From an uncultured Fibrobacteraceae bacterium (GTDB taxonomy: Bacteria; Krumholzibacteriota; Krumholzibacteriia; LZORAL124-64-63), in assembly GCA_964420395.1 (NCBI GenBank), contig CAYQTJ010000004.1, positions 2,506 through 66,505 of the forward strand: a stretch of 64,000 nt of DNA. The letters run 5' to 3'. This document shows, in pieces, positions 1 through 10,125 of the stretch (position 1 is its first letter; each line of letters starts with the position of its first letter). Position numbers and translations under genes: made by a program. A model generated the notes under the pieces. It searched no databases, was not told the origin of the DNA, and was given only the letters and a program-made list of their open reading frames with translations.

Positions 1-1
1 C

Positions 2-121
2 CGCAGCTGGGAATCGCTGTTCGCCGCCGGGATGATCGCGCTGCTGCTGCTGTTCCTGGGCGTCTGGCCGGGCGGCCTGCAGCGCCTGGCCGAGGCGACG
101 TTCCGGACGCTGGCCGGCTAG
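2..121 (+). CDS. 3' end of a truncated membrane protein. C-terminus ...AAGMIALLLLFLGVWPGGLQRLAEATFRTLAG, stop TAG at 119-121.
   Basis: Open frame runs in from the window edge. It is hydrophobic and there is no in-window start. Confidence 0.3.
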   Translation, partial: RSWESLFAAGMIALLLLFLGVWPGGLQRLAEATFRTLAG

Positions 122-147
122 GCGCGGCCCGACGGCCGCGGACGCGG

Positions 148-1317
148 TCAGCCGCGGAACGCCGGAATGCCGGTGATCTCCGCGCCGACGACCAGCGTGT
201 GGATCTCGTGGGTCCCTTCGTACGTCTTCACGGACTCGAGATTCGTGAGGTGGCGGCCGACGGGATACTCGTCGGTGATGCCGGCAGCGCCGAGGATCTC
301 CCGCGCGGAACGGGCGCAGTCGAGCGCCATCGCCACGTTGTTGCGCTTGGCGAGGGAGACCAGCGGCACCGGATTGACCCCGCGGTCCTTGAGCCGCCCG
401 AGCTGGTGCGCCAGCCCCTGCGCCTTGGTGATCTCCGTCAGCATGTCGACCAGGCGCGCCTGCACCAGCTGGAAGGAGGCCACGGGGCGATCGAACTGGC
501 GCCGCTCGAGGGCGTAGGCGAGCGCCGTGTGGTAGCAGTCGGCCGCCGCGCCGACGGCGCCCCAGGCGATGCCGTAGCGCGCCTCGTTGAGGCAGGCCAG
601 GGGCGCCCTGAGGCCGCGCGCGCCCGGGAGGCGGGCGCTGTCGGGCAGCCGCACGGCGTCCAGCGACAATTCTCCCGTGTCGCTCGCCCGCAGGCTGTAC
701 TTGCCGCGGATCGTCTGCGCGGCGAAGCCGGGCGCGTCCCGCTCGACGAGGAAGCCGAGCACGCCATCGGGCCCGCGCGCCCAGACCAGGGCCACGTCGG
801 CGAGGGTGGCGTTGGTGATCCACACCTTGGCTCCGTGGAGGACCCAGCCGTCGCCGTCGCGGACCGCGGTCGTTTCCATCCCCCCCGGATCGCTGCCGTG
901 GCCGGCCTCGGTCAGGCCGAAGCAGCCGAGCAGGCGGCCGGCCGCCAGCTCGGGCAGCCACTTCCGCTGCTGCGCCTCGCTGCCGTAGACGCTGATCGGC
1001 CACATGACGAGACTGCCCTGGACGGAGGCGAAGCTGCGCAGGCCGCTGTCACCCCGTTCGAGCTCCTGGCAGATCATTCCGTACAGGGTCGAGGAGAGGC
1101 CGGCGCAGCCGGGACCCCGCACGCTCGGGCCGAGCAGCCCCAGTTCGCCCAACTCGCGCCCCAGTTCGACGGGAAAGGTGCCGGCGGCGTGGTGTTCGCG
1201 CACCACCGGCAGGAAGCGCCGCTCGACCCAGCCGCGGACGGTGTCGCGCACCGAGCGCTCCTCGTCGCCGAGTTGGGCCTCGAAGCCGTAGAAATCGACG
1301 CCGCGATAGGCCTGCAT
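148..1317 (-). CDS. gcdH: Glutaryl-CoA dehydrogenase, acyl-CoA dehydrogenase family.
   Basis: Near-collinear match to the GCDH hallmark stretches, GCFGLTE(A/P)xHGSDP ... KxWITN ... FLVE ... KFSLRAS ... NxARYGIAWGA ... YEGTHEIHTLVVG. The start is taken at the internal MQAYRG (ATG 1315-1317), giving 390 aa. Confidence 0.85.
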   Translation of the reverse strand: MQAYRGVDFYGFEAQLGDEERSVRDTVRGWVERRFLPVVREHHAAGTFPVELGRELGELGLLGPSVRGPGCAGLSSTLYGMICQELERGDSGLRSFASVQGSLVMWPISVYGSEAQQRKWLPELAAGRLLGCFGLTEAGHGSDPGGMETTAVRDGDGWVLHGAKVWITNATLADVALVWARGPDGVLGFLVERDAPGFAAQTIRGKYSLRASDTGELSLDAVRLPDSARLPGARGLRAPLACLNEARYGIAWGAVGAAADCYHTALAYALERRQFDRPVASFQLVQARLVDMLTEITKAQGLAHQLGRLKDRGVNPVPLVSLAKRNNVAMALDCARSAREILGAAGITDEYPVGRHLTNLESVKTYEGTHEIHTLVVGAEITGIPAFRG

Positions 1318-1491
1318 GCTGCCTCCGATCCCGCGAGGACGGCCGGTCCGGACGCGGTCCGCGGCCGGCACCGCTGCGCGGCGCATTCCCAATCTGCCGC
1401 AAGCCGCGCTTGACCGCCAGCCGCATTTGATCGATCAATACGGCGCGCCGTCGCCGCCCGCGGGGGGAGTCGCGGCGCGGGGGAGGGCGCG

Positions 1492-3468
1492 TTGCGCGGC
1501 TGGTTGCGAAGCGGGGCGGCGGCGCTGCTGGCCGCGTGGGCGGTCGGCGCGGCGCTCGGGGGGCTGGAGGCGGTCCTGCAGTGGTTGCGCTTCGGCCCGC
1601 CGGCGGATCTGCCGCAGCAGGGATTCTGGCGCGCCTGCCTGCCGTCCGCGGTCGTCTGCGGCGCCGCCGCGGCCGCGGCCGCGCTCTTCGTCTTCCCGGC
1701 CGCCGGGCTGGTGTTGCGGCTGCGGCGGGCGCGCCGGCCGCGTCGCGGGGCCTTCGCCGCGGCGGTCGCCGGGGCGGCGTCCTCCCTGCTGGTCGTCTGG
1801 TCCGCCTACCTGCTGCGGGAGCACCTCGTGCCGGCCTGGTGGAGCGCGCACGGCGGCGTGGCCGGCAAGGGGGCGCTCGGCCTGCTCTGGCTCGGCGCCG
1901 CCGGCCTCGGCTGCGTCGCGCTGCGACCGGTGGCCGACCGCCTGGCCCGGCGCTCCGCCTGGCTGCTGCTCGGGCCGCTGGCGGCGATCGCCGCCGGTGC
2001 GCTCGCCTGGCCGCACTGGCGCGCCGACGAGCCGCGCCGTCGCACCGCGGGGCTGGAGCGGCGGGTCGCGGCGCCGGCGGGGGCGCCGAACGTCGTCCTG
2101 CTCACCATCGACGCCTGGCGGCGCGATCACCTGTCCTGCCTGGATCCGGCGTCGCCGCCCACGCCGCACCTCGACCGGCTGGCGGGGGAGGGGGCGCTGT
2201 TCGCGAACGCCTGGACGCCGAGTCCCTGGACGCTGCCGGCGGCCGGCGCCCTGCTGACCGGCTGGCCCCCGGCCGCGCTCGGCGTGCGCCAGTACCGGCC
2301 GCTGCCTGCCGGGGTCGGCACGCTGGCCGCGACGGCGTGGAGCGGCGGCTGGGAGACGGCGGCCTTCGTCACCAATCCGTACCTTTCGCGCTGGTACGGC
2401 TGCGACCGCGGCTTCGCCACCTTCGCGCACTCCCTCGTTCTGGAGCCGCTCGAGCCGGCGGCGCGTTGCGTGCTGGTGCGGGAGCTGTCCCGCTACGCCG
2501 ATCTCCATTTCGAGGCTTCGGAGGCGGGGGTCGTGATGCCGCAGGCGCTGCGCTGGCTGCGCCGCCACGGCGGCGAGCGCCCGTTCTTCCTCTGGATCCA
2601 CCTGCTCGACCCGCACCTGCCGTACAGCTGGCGCGAGCTGCCGGACGACCGGCCGGGGGCGGCCGGGGAAGGCCGCGGCGTCGCGCCGCTGGCCGCGGAC
2701 GTGCCGGATACCGGCCATTTCCGCGGGCGCCGCTTCATGGCGCTGCGCGAGGTGCGCTCGGGGGCCTGGGTGCCGGACGCGGCGGCGCGCCGCGCGATCG
2801 CCGCGCTCTACGGGCGGGAGGTGCAGTACGCCGACGCCTGGGCGGGCCGGCTGTTCGCGCAGTTGCGGGAGTCGGCGCTGCTGGACCGCACGCTGATCGT
2901 CGTCACGGCCGATCACGGCGAGGAGCTGTTCGATCACGGCGGAATCGACCACGGCCACAGCCTGTTGCCGGAGGTGACGGGGGTGCCGTTGATCGTCCGC
3001 TTCCCCGACGGCGCGGGGGCGGGGAGCGTGAGCCGCGAGCCGGTCTCGCTGCTCGACGTGGTTCCCACCATCGCGGCGGCGCTCCGCTGGCCGCGGCCGG
3101 CGGGGACCGTGGGCCGGAACCTGGCCCCGGCGCCTGCCGACCCGTCCGCGGAGGCGTCGCGGGGCGGGCCGCTGGTCCTGGAGAACCTGCTCTACGGTCC
3201 GCAGCAGGTGGGCTGGCTGCAGTGGCCATGGCTGGGTGTGGCGCCGGACTCGGGCGGTCGCGAAAGCTGGTACGACCTCGCGGCTTCGCCCCGGGCGGTC
3301 GTCGCCGCGCCGGCGCCGGCGGAGGCGGACTCGATCGTGGCGAGAGGGGCGCGGCTGCGCGCCGTCTGGCGACAGGCCGGCGACCTGCTGCGCGACGGAG
3401 CCGGCGGCCCTGCGGCCGGCGGGGTGCCGGAGGACCTGCGCCGCCAGTTGCGCAGCCTCGGCTACTGA
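1492..3468 (+). CDS. Membrane-anchored sulfatase / alkaline-phosphatase-superfamily protein. Possibly a phosphoethanolamine-transferase or LTA-synthase-like enzyme.
   Basis: About 190 aa of hydrophobic N-terminus with several TM segments. Then the sulfatase motifs VVLLTIDAWRRDHLSC and TADHGEELFDHGGIDHGHS. The start is uncertain. Confidence 0.6.
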   Translation: MRGWLRSGAAALLAAWAVGAALGGLEAVLQWLRFGPPADLPQQGFWRACLPSAVVCGAAAAAAALFVFPAAGLVLRLRRARRPRRGAFAAAVAGAASSLLVVWSAYLLREHLVPAWWSAHGGVAGKGALGLLWLGAAGLGCVALRPVADRLARRSAWLLLGPLAAIAAGALAWPHWRADEPRRRTAGLERRVAAPAGAPNVVLLTIDAWRRDHLSCLDPASPPTPHLDRLAGEGALFANAWTPSPWTLPAAGALLTGWPPAALGVRQYRPLPAGVGTLAATAWSGGWETAAFVTNPYLSRWYGCDRGFATFAHSLVLEPLEPAARCVLVRELSRYADLHFEASEAGVVMPQALRWLRRHGGERPFFLWIHLLDPHLPYSWRELPDDRPGAAGEGRGVAPLAADVPDTGHFRGRRFMALREVRSGAWVPDAAARRAIAALYGREVQYADAWAGRLFAQLRESALLDRTLIVVTADHGEELFDHGGIDHGHSLLPEVTGVPLIVRFPDGAGAGSVSREPVSLLDVVPTIAAALRWPRPAGTVGRNLAPAPADPSAEASRGGPLVLENLLYGPQQVGWLQWPWLGVAPDSGGRESWYDLAASPRAVVAAPAPAEADSIVARGARLRAVWRQAGDLLRDGAGGPAAGGVPEDLRRQLRSLGY

Positions 3469-3495
3469 AGCCCGGGGCGGCCCCGCCGCGCCGGG

Positions 3496-3714
3496 CTACA
3501 GCGCCTCGACCGACCTGACCTCGGGGATCTCGCTGCGCAGCCGGGCCTCGATCCCCTGCTTGAGCGTCATGAGCGACATGGGGCAACTGCCGCAGGCGCC
3601 GGTGAGCCTCAGCGTCACCACGCCGGCGTTGAAGTCGATGTATTCGAGGTCTCCGCCATCGGCCTGCAGGGCGGGCCTGATCCGCTCGAGGGCGGCCTTG
3701 ATCTTCTCTTCCAT
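3496..3714 (-). CDS. NifU-like (Nfu-type) Fe-S cluster assembly domain protein.
   Basis: 72 aa. Contains the CGSCP motif, as in TGACGSCPMS, typical of the Nfu C-terminal domain. Confidence 0.7.
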   Translation of the reverse strand: MEEKIKAALERIRPALQADGGDLEYIDFNAGVVTLRLTGACGSCPMSLMTLKQGIEARLRSEIPEVRSVEAL

Positions 3715-3880
3715 GGCGCTTTGTCATCCTTTCTCAGGGTGGCGTGCGGCAAAGGTCGCCCACAAGCTACCGCGCGCCGCGGCGCTGTCAAGCGGGCGCG
3801 CAGCGCGCGGTTGCCGTGACGCGGCGGCCGCCCTATGATCGGCCGGCGGCGGCGGAACGGGCACGCGGTACGGGAGGGAC

Positions 3881-4705
3881 ATGGACGACCGGACCGGGTC
3901 GGAGCTGGCGCGGCTGCGCGCGATGGTGCTGCCGGCGGGGGAGCGGCTGCTGGCCGAGCAGGGCCGGCGACGCGAGATCGCCTGGAAGTCGCAGACGGAA
4001 CTGGTGACGGATCTCGACCGCCTGCTCGAGCGGGACCTCGTCGCCGCCCTGGCCGCGGCGCATCCCGACGACGGGGTGGTGGCCGAGGAGGGGGGGGCGC
4101 GCGCCGACGGTTCCGGCCGCGTCTGGTACCTCGATCCGATCGACGGTACGACGAACTACGTCCACGACTATCCGATGTACTGCGTCTCGCTGGCCTGCGC
4201 CGACGCGGAGGGGCCGCTGCTGGCCGCGGTCTACGCCCCCTACCTGGACGAGCTGTACCTGGCCGCCCGGGGCGCCGGCGCGTGGCTCGAACAGCCACGG
4301 GCCGGTGGCCGGCGTGCGCTGGCGCCGCGCGAGCCGGTGCCGATGCGCCGCGCCCTGCTCGCCACCGGCTTCCCCTACGTGCGCGACCGGCTCGTGGCGC
4401 GCAATGCCGCCAGCCTGCAGCGCTTCCTCATGATGGGGTGCGCCGACGTGCGGCGCGGCGGCAGCGCGGCGCTCGACCTGTGCCACGTGGGGGCCGGCAA
4501 GCTGGACGGCTACTGGGAACTGAGCCTGCGGGTCTGGGACGCCGCCGCCGGCACGCTGGTGGCGCGCGAAGCCGGCGCGCTGGTGACCGACTTCGCGGGG
4601 CGCGGCGGGTTGCTGAGCGGGAGCACGGTGCTGGCCGCCGCGCCGCAGCTGCACGGCGTGATGCTGGAGGCGCTGCGGGAGGGGGAGGATGGAAGCGGCG
4701 GCTGA
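3881..4705 (+). CDS. Inositol monophosphatase family protein (SuhB-like).
   Basis: WYLDPIDGTTNYVHDYPMYCVSLA metal-binding motif and GFPY motif. Confidence 0.75.
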   Translation: MDDRTGSELARLRAMVLPAGERLLAEQGRRREIAWKSQTELVTDLDRLLERDLVAALAAAHPDDGVVAEEGGARADGSGRVWYLDPIDGTTNYVHDYPMYCVSLACADAEGPLLAAVYAPYLDELYLAARGAGAWLEQPRAGGRRALAPREPVPMRRALLATGFPYVRDRLVARNAASLQRFLMMGCADVRRGGSAALDLCHVGAGKLDGYWELSLRVWDAAAGTLVAREAGALVTDFAGRGGLLSGSTVLAAAPQLHGVMLEALREGEDGSGG

Positions 4706-5024
4706 GGCGCTCTGGGTGCTGGTCACCACCTTCCCGCGGCGCGACCTCGCCCTGGCGGCGGGCCGGCGCCTCGTGGCGGAGGAGCTGGCCGCCTGCGCCC
4801 AGGTGGGGGGGGATCTCGTGTCGTTCTACCGCTGGCGCGGCGAGGTGCGGGAGGAGGCCGAGGTGGCCATGACGCTCAAGGTCCGCGCGTCGCGCTACGC
4901 CGCCTGCGCGGCCCGGCTGCGCGAGTTGCACCCCTACGAGGTGCCGCAGATCGCCGGCTGGCCGCTCGCGCGCGTGGACCCCGACTACGCGCGGTGGGCC
5001 CGGGGCGGGGAGGAGCCGGCGTGA
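4689..5024 (+). CDS. cutA: Divalent-cation tolerance protein CutA.
   Basis: 111 aa. Carries the CutA1 signature (CAQV...SxYRWxGEV...E...KT...YxA). Confidence 0.7.
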   Translation: MEAAAEALWVLVTTFPRRDLALAAGRRLVAEELAACAQVGGDLVSFYRWRGEVREEAEVAMTLKVRASRYAACAARLRELHPYEVPQIAGWPLARVDPDYARWARGGEEPA

Positions 5025-5848
5025 TCCGCGCGCTGACGCTGACGACCGATTTCGGCCTCGCCGATCCGTACGTCGCGGAGTTGAAGGCGGCGCTGCTCGC
5101 GGAGTGGCGCCGCTTCCCCGACCCGTTTCCGCTCCCGCTCCTGGTCGACATCTCGCACGCCCTCGCGCCGGGCGACGTGCCGGCGGCCGCCTGGCTGCTG
5201 GGGCGGGTCGCACCGGCGTTCCCCCCGGGAACGGTGCACCTGGCGATCGTCGACCCGGGGGTCGGCACGGATCGGCCCGCGGTGGCGGTCGCCGCCGGCG
5301 GCCAGTTCTTCGTCGGTCCGGGCAACGGGCTGTTCGGCTTCCTCGCGCGGGGCGGGCCGGTGGCGGTGGTCCGGCTCGACAACCCGCTCTACCGGCGCGG
5401 CGGCGCGGGGGGTCCGGCGCCCACGTTCGCGGGGCGCGATCTGTTCGCCCCGGCAGCTGCCCACCTGGCGATGGGGGTGCCGCTGCATCAACTCGGGTCG
5501 CCGGCCGGTGAAGACGCCCTCGGCGCGCCGGCCGTCCGGATCGACGCGCCGGACGGAGCGGCGGGGCCGGAGCTCGGGCGGATCGTCTGGATCGACCGCT
5601 TCGGCAATGCGATCACGGACATCGCGCGGGACGGTCCCCACGGCGCGCGGCTGGGCGGAGGGAGCGCCGTGGCCGTCGGCGCGACCGCGGTCGCCGGACC
5701 GGTCCTCACCTTCGCGTTCGGCCCCGCGCAGCGGCCCTTCTGGTACTGGGGCAGCGGCGGCACGCTCGAGCTCGCCCTGCGCGACGGGGACGCGGCGGCC
5801 CGGCACGGCTGGCAGGTCGGCATGGCGGTGCGGCTCGCCGCGCCGTAG
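5021..5848 (+). CDS. S-adenosyl-L-methionine hydroxide adenosyltransferase (DUF62; fluorinase/chlorinase superfamily).
   Basis: N-terminal LTLTTDFGLADPYVAELKA is the family hallmark. The likely GTG start at 5021 overlaps the cutA stop. Confidence 0.6.
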   Translation: MIRALTLTTDFGLADPYVAELKAALLAEWRRFPDPFPLPLLVDISHALAPGDVPAAAWLLGRVAPAFPPGTVHLAIVDPGVGTDRPAVAVAAGGQFFVGPGNGLFGFLARGGPVAVVRLDNPLYRRGGAGGPAPTFAGRDLFAPAAAHLAMGVPLHQLGSPAGEDALGAPAVRIDAPDGAAGPELGRIVWIDRFGNAITDIARDGPHGARLGGGSAVAVGATAVAGPVLTFAFGPAQRPFWYWGSGGTLELALRDGDAAARHGWQVGMAVRLAAP

Positions 5849-5887
5849 CTTCATTCGGTTCGGACCGCTCCGGGCAGGGAGGTACGC

Positions 5888-6673
5888 ATGACTGGTGATC
5901 GTCGTCCGGCGGCGCGGCGCCTGGCCCCCTGGCTGGGGTTCTGCCTGCCGGTCGCCTGCGCGCTGCTGCTCGGTTCGTGCAGCAGCCAGCGCATCGGGCT
6001 GCCCTATCCCGACGAGCAGGCGGGGATGGCCTTCGCCGACTCCCTGCCGCCGCCGCGCGTGTTCCTCGGCGCCATCGAGGACCGGCGTCCCCCGGAGCAG
6101 CACGAGGGACGAGGCGGGTTCTTCGGCATCACCTACCCGGCCGACGACACCTGGCAGCGCCCGGTCGACCAGCTGTACCGCGCCGCGCTGGCGCAGGACC
6201 TGACCCAGACCCGCATCGTGGAGCTGACCCCGCTCCCGCGGCAGGCCGCCTTCACGCTGGAGGCCGAGGTCTTCTCGCTCGCCTGCCGCCTGAAGCGCAC
6301 GCCGGGGGCCTACCTGCTCCCGATGAGCGCCGGGATGCTCGGCGGCATGGTCTTCGGCGAGACGGCGTCGGACCGCGTCCGCACCGGGATCGTGGCGGGC
6401 ATCGCGCTGATGATCGCCGCGCCGATGCCGACCGCGCATCGGGCCGAGTGCGAGGTGCGCCTGACGCTGCGCGACGCGGCGGGGGAAGTGGTCTGGCAGC
6501 AGACCTGCCTGGGCGAGGTCGACGGCCACATCTACGTGCCGGCGACCTCCCGCGAGGACAAGAAGCAGGCCGAGAAGACCCTGCCCCGGGCGGTCAAGCG
6601 GTGCAACGCCTGCCTGCTGGGGCAGTTGCGGCAGTTCCTGGCCGGCGCGCAGGCGGCCCCGGCCGGCGGCTGA
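5888..6673 (+). CDS. Hypothetical lipoprotein.
   Basis: Signal peptide with a lipobox (LLLGSC). No recognisable domain. Confidence 0.45.
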   Translation: MTGDRRPAARRLAPWLGFCLPVACALLLGSCSSQRIGLPYPDEQAGMAFADSLPPPRVFLGAIEDRRPPEQHEGRGGFFGITYPADDTWQRPVDQLYRAALAQDLTQTRIVELTPLPRQAAFTLEAEVFSLACRLKRTPGAYLLPMSAGMLGGMVFGETASDRVRTGIVAGIALMIAAPMPTAHRAECEVRLTLRDAAGEVVWQQTCLGEVDGHIYVPATSREDKKQAEKTLPRAVKRCNACLLGQLRQFLAGAQAAPAGG

Positions 6674-6688
6674 GCCGGCCCGCCCGGA

Positions 6689-8041
6689 TCAGAGCAGGCG
6701 GGCCGCGAGGCTCGCGAGTTCGCTGCGCTCGCTCTTGGCGAGCGTGATGTGGCCGTAGATCGCCTCCTGCTTGAACCGCTCCACGACGTAGGTGAGTCCG
6801 TTGCTCGACGCGTCGAGGTAGGGATTGTCGATCTGATAGGCGTCGCCGGCGAGGATGACCTTGGAGCCGGTGCCGGCCCGGCTGACGACGGTCTTCACCT
6901 CGTGCGGCGTGAGGTTCTGGGCCTCGTCGATGATGATGAACAGCTTGGGCAGGCTCCGCCCGCGGATGTAGGTGACCGCCTCGACCTCGATCAGTCCCGC
7001 ATCGAACAGGTACTGCACCTTGCCGGCCGATTTCTCCATCTCCGGATCGACCAGGAACTGCAGGTTGTCGTAGATCGGCTCCATCCAGCTCTCGAGCTTC
7101 TCGTCCTTGGAGCCGGGCAGGTAGCCGATGTCGCGGCCGAGCGGCATGATCGGGCGCGACACCATGATCTTGCGATAGCTCTTCTCCTCGGCCACCTGGT
7201 GCAGGCCGACGGCGAGGGCGAGCAGGGTCTTGCCGGTGCCGGCCTGGCCGAGCATGGTCACGAGCTGGATGTCGGGGCGCATCAGCAGTTCGAGGGCGAA
7301 GCGCTGCTGCAGGTTCAGCGGCTGCAGGCCCCAGGGGCGCGCCGCCTCGTGCTTCAGCGGCTCGACCCGCGCCGTGTCCCGGCGATAGATCCCCAGGGCG
7401 GTGTGCTTGGCGTTGCCGGCGGCGCGCAGCAGCACTCCCTCGTTGGGCAGCAGCGGCTCGGCCGGGGCGCACGGCTCGCCGCGGTAGAAGGCGTCGACGG
7501 CGGCGTCGGGCACCTCCAGCTCGCGCCAGCCGGTGTAGAGCTCGTCGAAGTTGACCGTGCTGCGCTGCAGGTCCTCGGCGACGAGGCCGAGGGCATCGCC
7601 CTTGACGCGGGCGTTGATGTCCTTGGTGACGAAGACCACGTCGGCGCCGTGGGCTTTCAGCCAGAGGCCGGCGGCCAGGATCCGGTTGTCGGGGATGCTG
7701 CCGTCGAGGCCGCGCGGCAACTGGTCGACGTAGGTGTCGACCAGCACGAAGAGGCGCCCGCCGTGGGGCAGCGGCACCCCTTCGCGCAGGTTGCCGGCCG
7801 CGCGCAGGGCGTCGATCTGCCGGATCACCCGCCGGGCGTTGCGGCCGCGCTCGTCGTTCTCGCGCTTGAACCGGTCCAGTTCCTCGAGCACGTCCACCGT
7901 CAGGATGATGTCGCGCCGCTCGAACGCCTCGAGGGCCGTGGCGTCGTGCAGCAGGACATTGGTGTCGAGCAGGTAGCAGCGCCCGCTCAGCTTGGCGAGG
8001 CTGGCGCCGTTGGCCCGGGTGACCGACGTCGAATCGGACAT
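6689..8041 (-). CDS. PhoH2: N-terminal PIN domain fused to a PhoH-like ATPase.
   Basis: PIN motif YLLDTNVLLHD. Walker A GQAGTGKT. PhoH core IIIDEAQNLT. Confidence 0.75.
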   Translation of the reverse strand: MSDSTSVTRANGASLAKLSGRCYLLDTNVLLHDATALEAFERRDIILTVDVLEELDRFKRENDERGRNARRVIRQIDALRAAGNLREGVPLPHGGRLFVLVDTYVDQLPRGLDGSIPDNRILAAGLWLKAHGADVVFVTKDINARVKGDALGLVAEDLQRSTVNFDELYTGWRELEVPDAAVDAFYRGEPCAPAEPLLPNEGVLLRAAGNAKHTALGIYRRDTARVEPLKHEAARPWGLQPLNLQQRFALELLMRPDIQLVTMLGQAGTGKTLLALAVGLHQVAEEKSYRKIMVSRPIMPLGRDIGYLPGSKDEKLESWMEPIYDNLQFLVDPEMEKSAGKVQYLFDAGLIEVEAVTYIRGRSLPKLFIIIDEAQNLTPHEVKTVVSRAGTGSKVILAGDAYQIDNPYLDASSNGLTYVVERFKQEAIYGHITLAKSERSELASLAARLL

Positions 8042-8268
8042 GGTCCCTCCATGGCAGAGAGCAGCGACCGGCGTGGCCGCGCCCGTTCCGTATCGGCCGA
8101 ACGGCGGGCGGATTGAGCCGTCCGGGGACCGCCAGCCCCCGAACGGGCTCAGGCGGTGGTGGCCGGGGCCGATTCTAGTAGATTGTGCCCCTTTGCGGGA
8201 CGAGAATCCGCGCGGGCGCCGGCCTGGCGGTCGCGCGGCGCGGGGGGACAGTCAGCCGAGGAGGGATC

Positions 8269-9666
8269 ATGTCCGGGGAAGCCTCGAAGTCGGATTACAT
8301 GCGGCCGTTCGCGGACGGGGTGGTGGCGTCGCCGGAGGAGCGGTCGGCGCTGCTGGAGCGGATGCAGCGGGACGGCGTCCGGTTCCTGCGCCTGATCTTC
8401 ACCGACATCATGGGCCAGAACAAGAACGTGGAGGTTCCGGCCAGCCAGTTCGCCAAGGCGCTGCAGGGCGAGATCATGTTCGACGGCTCCTCGATCGAGG
8501 GCTTCAGCCGCATCGAGGAGTCCGACATGCTGCTGGTGCCCGATCTCACCTCCTACGCGGTCTTCCCCTTCGACGGCGACCAGGGCAAGGTGGCGCGGCT
8601 GATCTGCGACGTCTACAACGCCGACCGCACGCCGTTCGCCGGCTGTCCCCGGCTGGCCCTGCGCCGGACGTTGCAACTGTTCGCCGAACACGGGCTGGCG
8701 CCGGTGTGCGGGCCGGAGCTCGAGTTCTTCCTCTTCCAGCGCGATGCCGCCGGGGATCCGACGGTGCGCACGCACGACGCCGGCGGCTACTTCGACCTGT
8801 CGCCCGTGGACCGCGGCGAGGAGGCGCGCCGCGAGATCGTCAACGCGCTCGAGGCCATGGGCTTCGAGATCGAGGCGGCGCACCACGAGGTCGCGCCGGG
8901 GCAGCACGAGATCGACTTCAAGTACGCGGGGGCGCTCGAGACGGCCGATCGCGTCACCACGTTCCGGCTGATCGTCAAGAAGGTGGCGTTCGACTACGGC
9001 CTGCACGCCACCTTCATGCCCAAGCCGATCCGCGGCATCAACGGCTCCGGCATGCACACGCACCAGTCGCTGTTCCGCACGGCTGGCGATCACGGCAACG
9101 CCTTCTTCGATCCGGCGGCGCCGTTCCAGCTGAGCGAGATCGCCCGGCACTACATGGGCGGCATCCTGGCGCACGCGCGCGCCTTCGTGGCCATCACGAA
9201 TCCCCTGGTGAACTCGTACAAGCGGCTGATGCCGGGCTACGAGGCGCCGGTGAACGTGGCGTGGTCGGAGCACAACCGGTCGCCGCTGCTGCGCGTGCCG
9301 GCGCGGCGCGGCGTCGGCACGCGGGTCGAGGTGCGCGTGCCGGATCCGAGCTGCAACCCGTACCTGGCGTTCGCGGTGATGCTCCGCTCCGGGCTGGACG
9401 GCATGGAACGCCGGCTCGATCCGGGCCCGCCGGTGAACCAGAACATCTTCGAGATGAGCGACCGCGAGAAGCGGCGGCTGAAGATCACGCAGCTGCCGGC
9501 CAACCTCAAGGAGGCGATCGACTGCCTGCGCCGGGACGCCGTGATGCGCGAAGTGCTCGGCGAGCACATCTTCACGCACTTCCTGGAGGCCAAGGAGGCG
9601 GTCTGGGCCGACTTCAACGCGCAGGTCCACGAGTGGGAACTGGAGCGCTATCTCGCGACCTACTAG
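8269..9666 (+). CDS. glnA: Glutamine synthetase, type I.
   Basis: FMPKPIRGINGSGMHTHQSLF, MPGYEAPVNVAWS..NRSPLLRVP and other GS catalytic-domain motifs. The start is taken at MSGEASK. Confidence 0.8.
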   Translation: MSGEASKSDYMRPFADGVVASPEERSALLERMQRDGVRFLRLIFTDIMGQNKNVEVPASQFAKALQGEIMFDGSSIEGFSRIEESDMLLVPDLTSYAVFPFDGDQGKVARLICDVYNADRTPFAGCPRLALRRTLQLFAEHGLAPVCGPELEFFLFQRDAAGDPTVRTHDAGGYFDLSPVDRGEEARREIVNALEAMGFEIEAAHHEVAPGQHEIDFKYAGALETADRVTTFRLIVKKVAFDYGLHATFMPKPIRGINGSGMHTHQSLFRTAGDHGNAFFDPAAPFQLSEIARHYMGGILAHARAFVAITNPLVNSYKRLMPGYEAPVNVAWSEHNRSPLLRVPARRGVGTRVEVRVPDPSCNPYLAFAVMLRSGLDGMERRLDPGPPVNQNIFEMSDREKRRLKITQLPANLKEAIDCLRRDAVMREVLGEHIFTHFLEAKEAVWADFNAQVHEWELERYLATY

Positions 9667-9693
9667 CGGTCGCCGGAGGGGGGGCGGGCCGTC

Positions 9694-10125
9694 GTGCCGC
9701 TGATCGGATTGCTGGCGGTGGCGACCGGGCTGGCCACGCAGGTGGCCAAGGTGCTCGTGTCGTCGTGGCGGCGCGGACGGCCCGACTTCTCCCTCCTGCT
9801 GGCCTCCGGCGGGATGCCGAGTTCGCACACGGCGACCGTGACCGCCCTCGCCCTGTTCGTCGGCAGCGGGTCGGGCTGGGGCGGCCCCCTCTTCTCGGTG
9901 ACGCTGGTGTTCGCGGGCTACGTGGTCTTCGAGGCGACCGGGCTGCGGCAGGAGGTGGGCAAGCAGGCCCGCGTCCTGAACGATCTGGTGGACGCGCTGA
10001 TCGCCACCCACACGCTCGATCGCGGACGCCTGCGCGAACTGACCGGCCACACCTGGGGCGAAGTGGCCGGCGGCCTGCTCTGCGGGGTCGCGGGGTGGCT
10101 TCTGGGACGGCGTTTCCTGCCGTAG
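9694..10125 (+). CDS. Divergent PAP2-family membrane protein (DUF212 / acid-phosphatase-like).
   Basis: 143 aa, hydrophobic. GGMPSSHTA motif. Confidence 0.6.
   Translation: MPLIGLLAVATGLATQVAKVLVSSWRRGRPDFSLLLASGGMPSSHTATVTALALFVGSGSGWGGPLFSVTLVFAGYVVFEATGLRQEVGKQARVLNDLVDALIATHTLDRGRLRELTGHTWGEVAGGLLCGVAGWLLGRRFLP

Noticed and set aside
1435-3727. Long overlapping ORFs around the sulfatase gene: 1435-2958 (-), 1536-3518 (+, alternate frame) and 2903-3727 (-).
   Set aside because: They have Arg/Pro/Gly-rich low-complexity translations and overlap a gene with clear sulfatase motifs. They are GC-bias artefacts.
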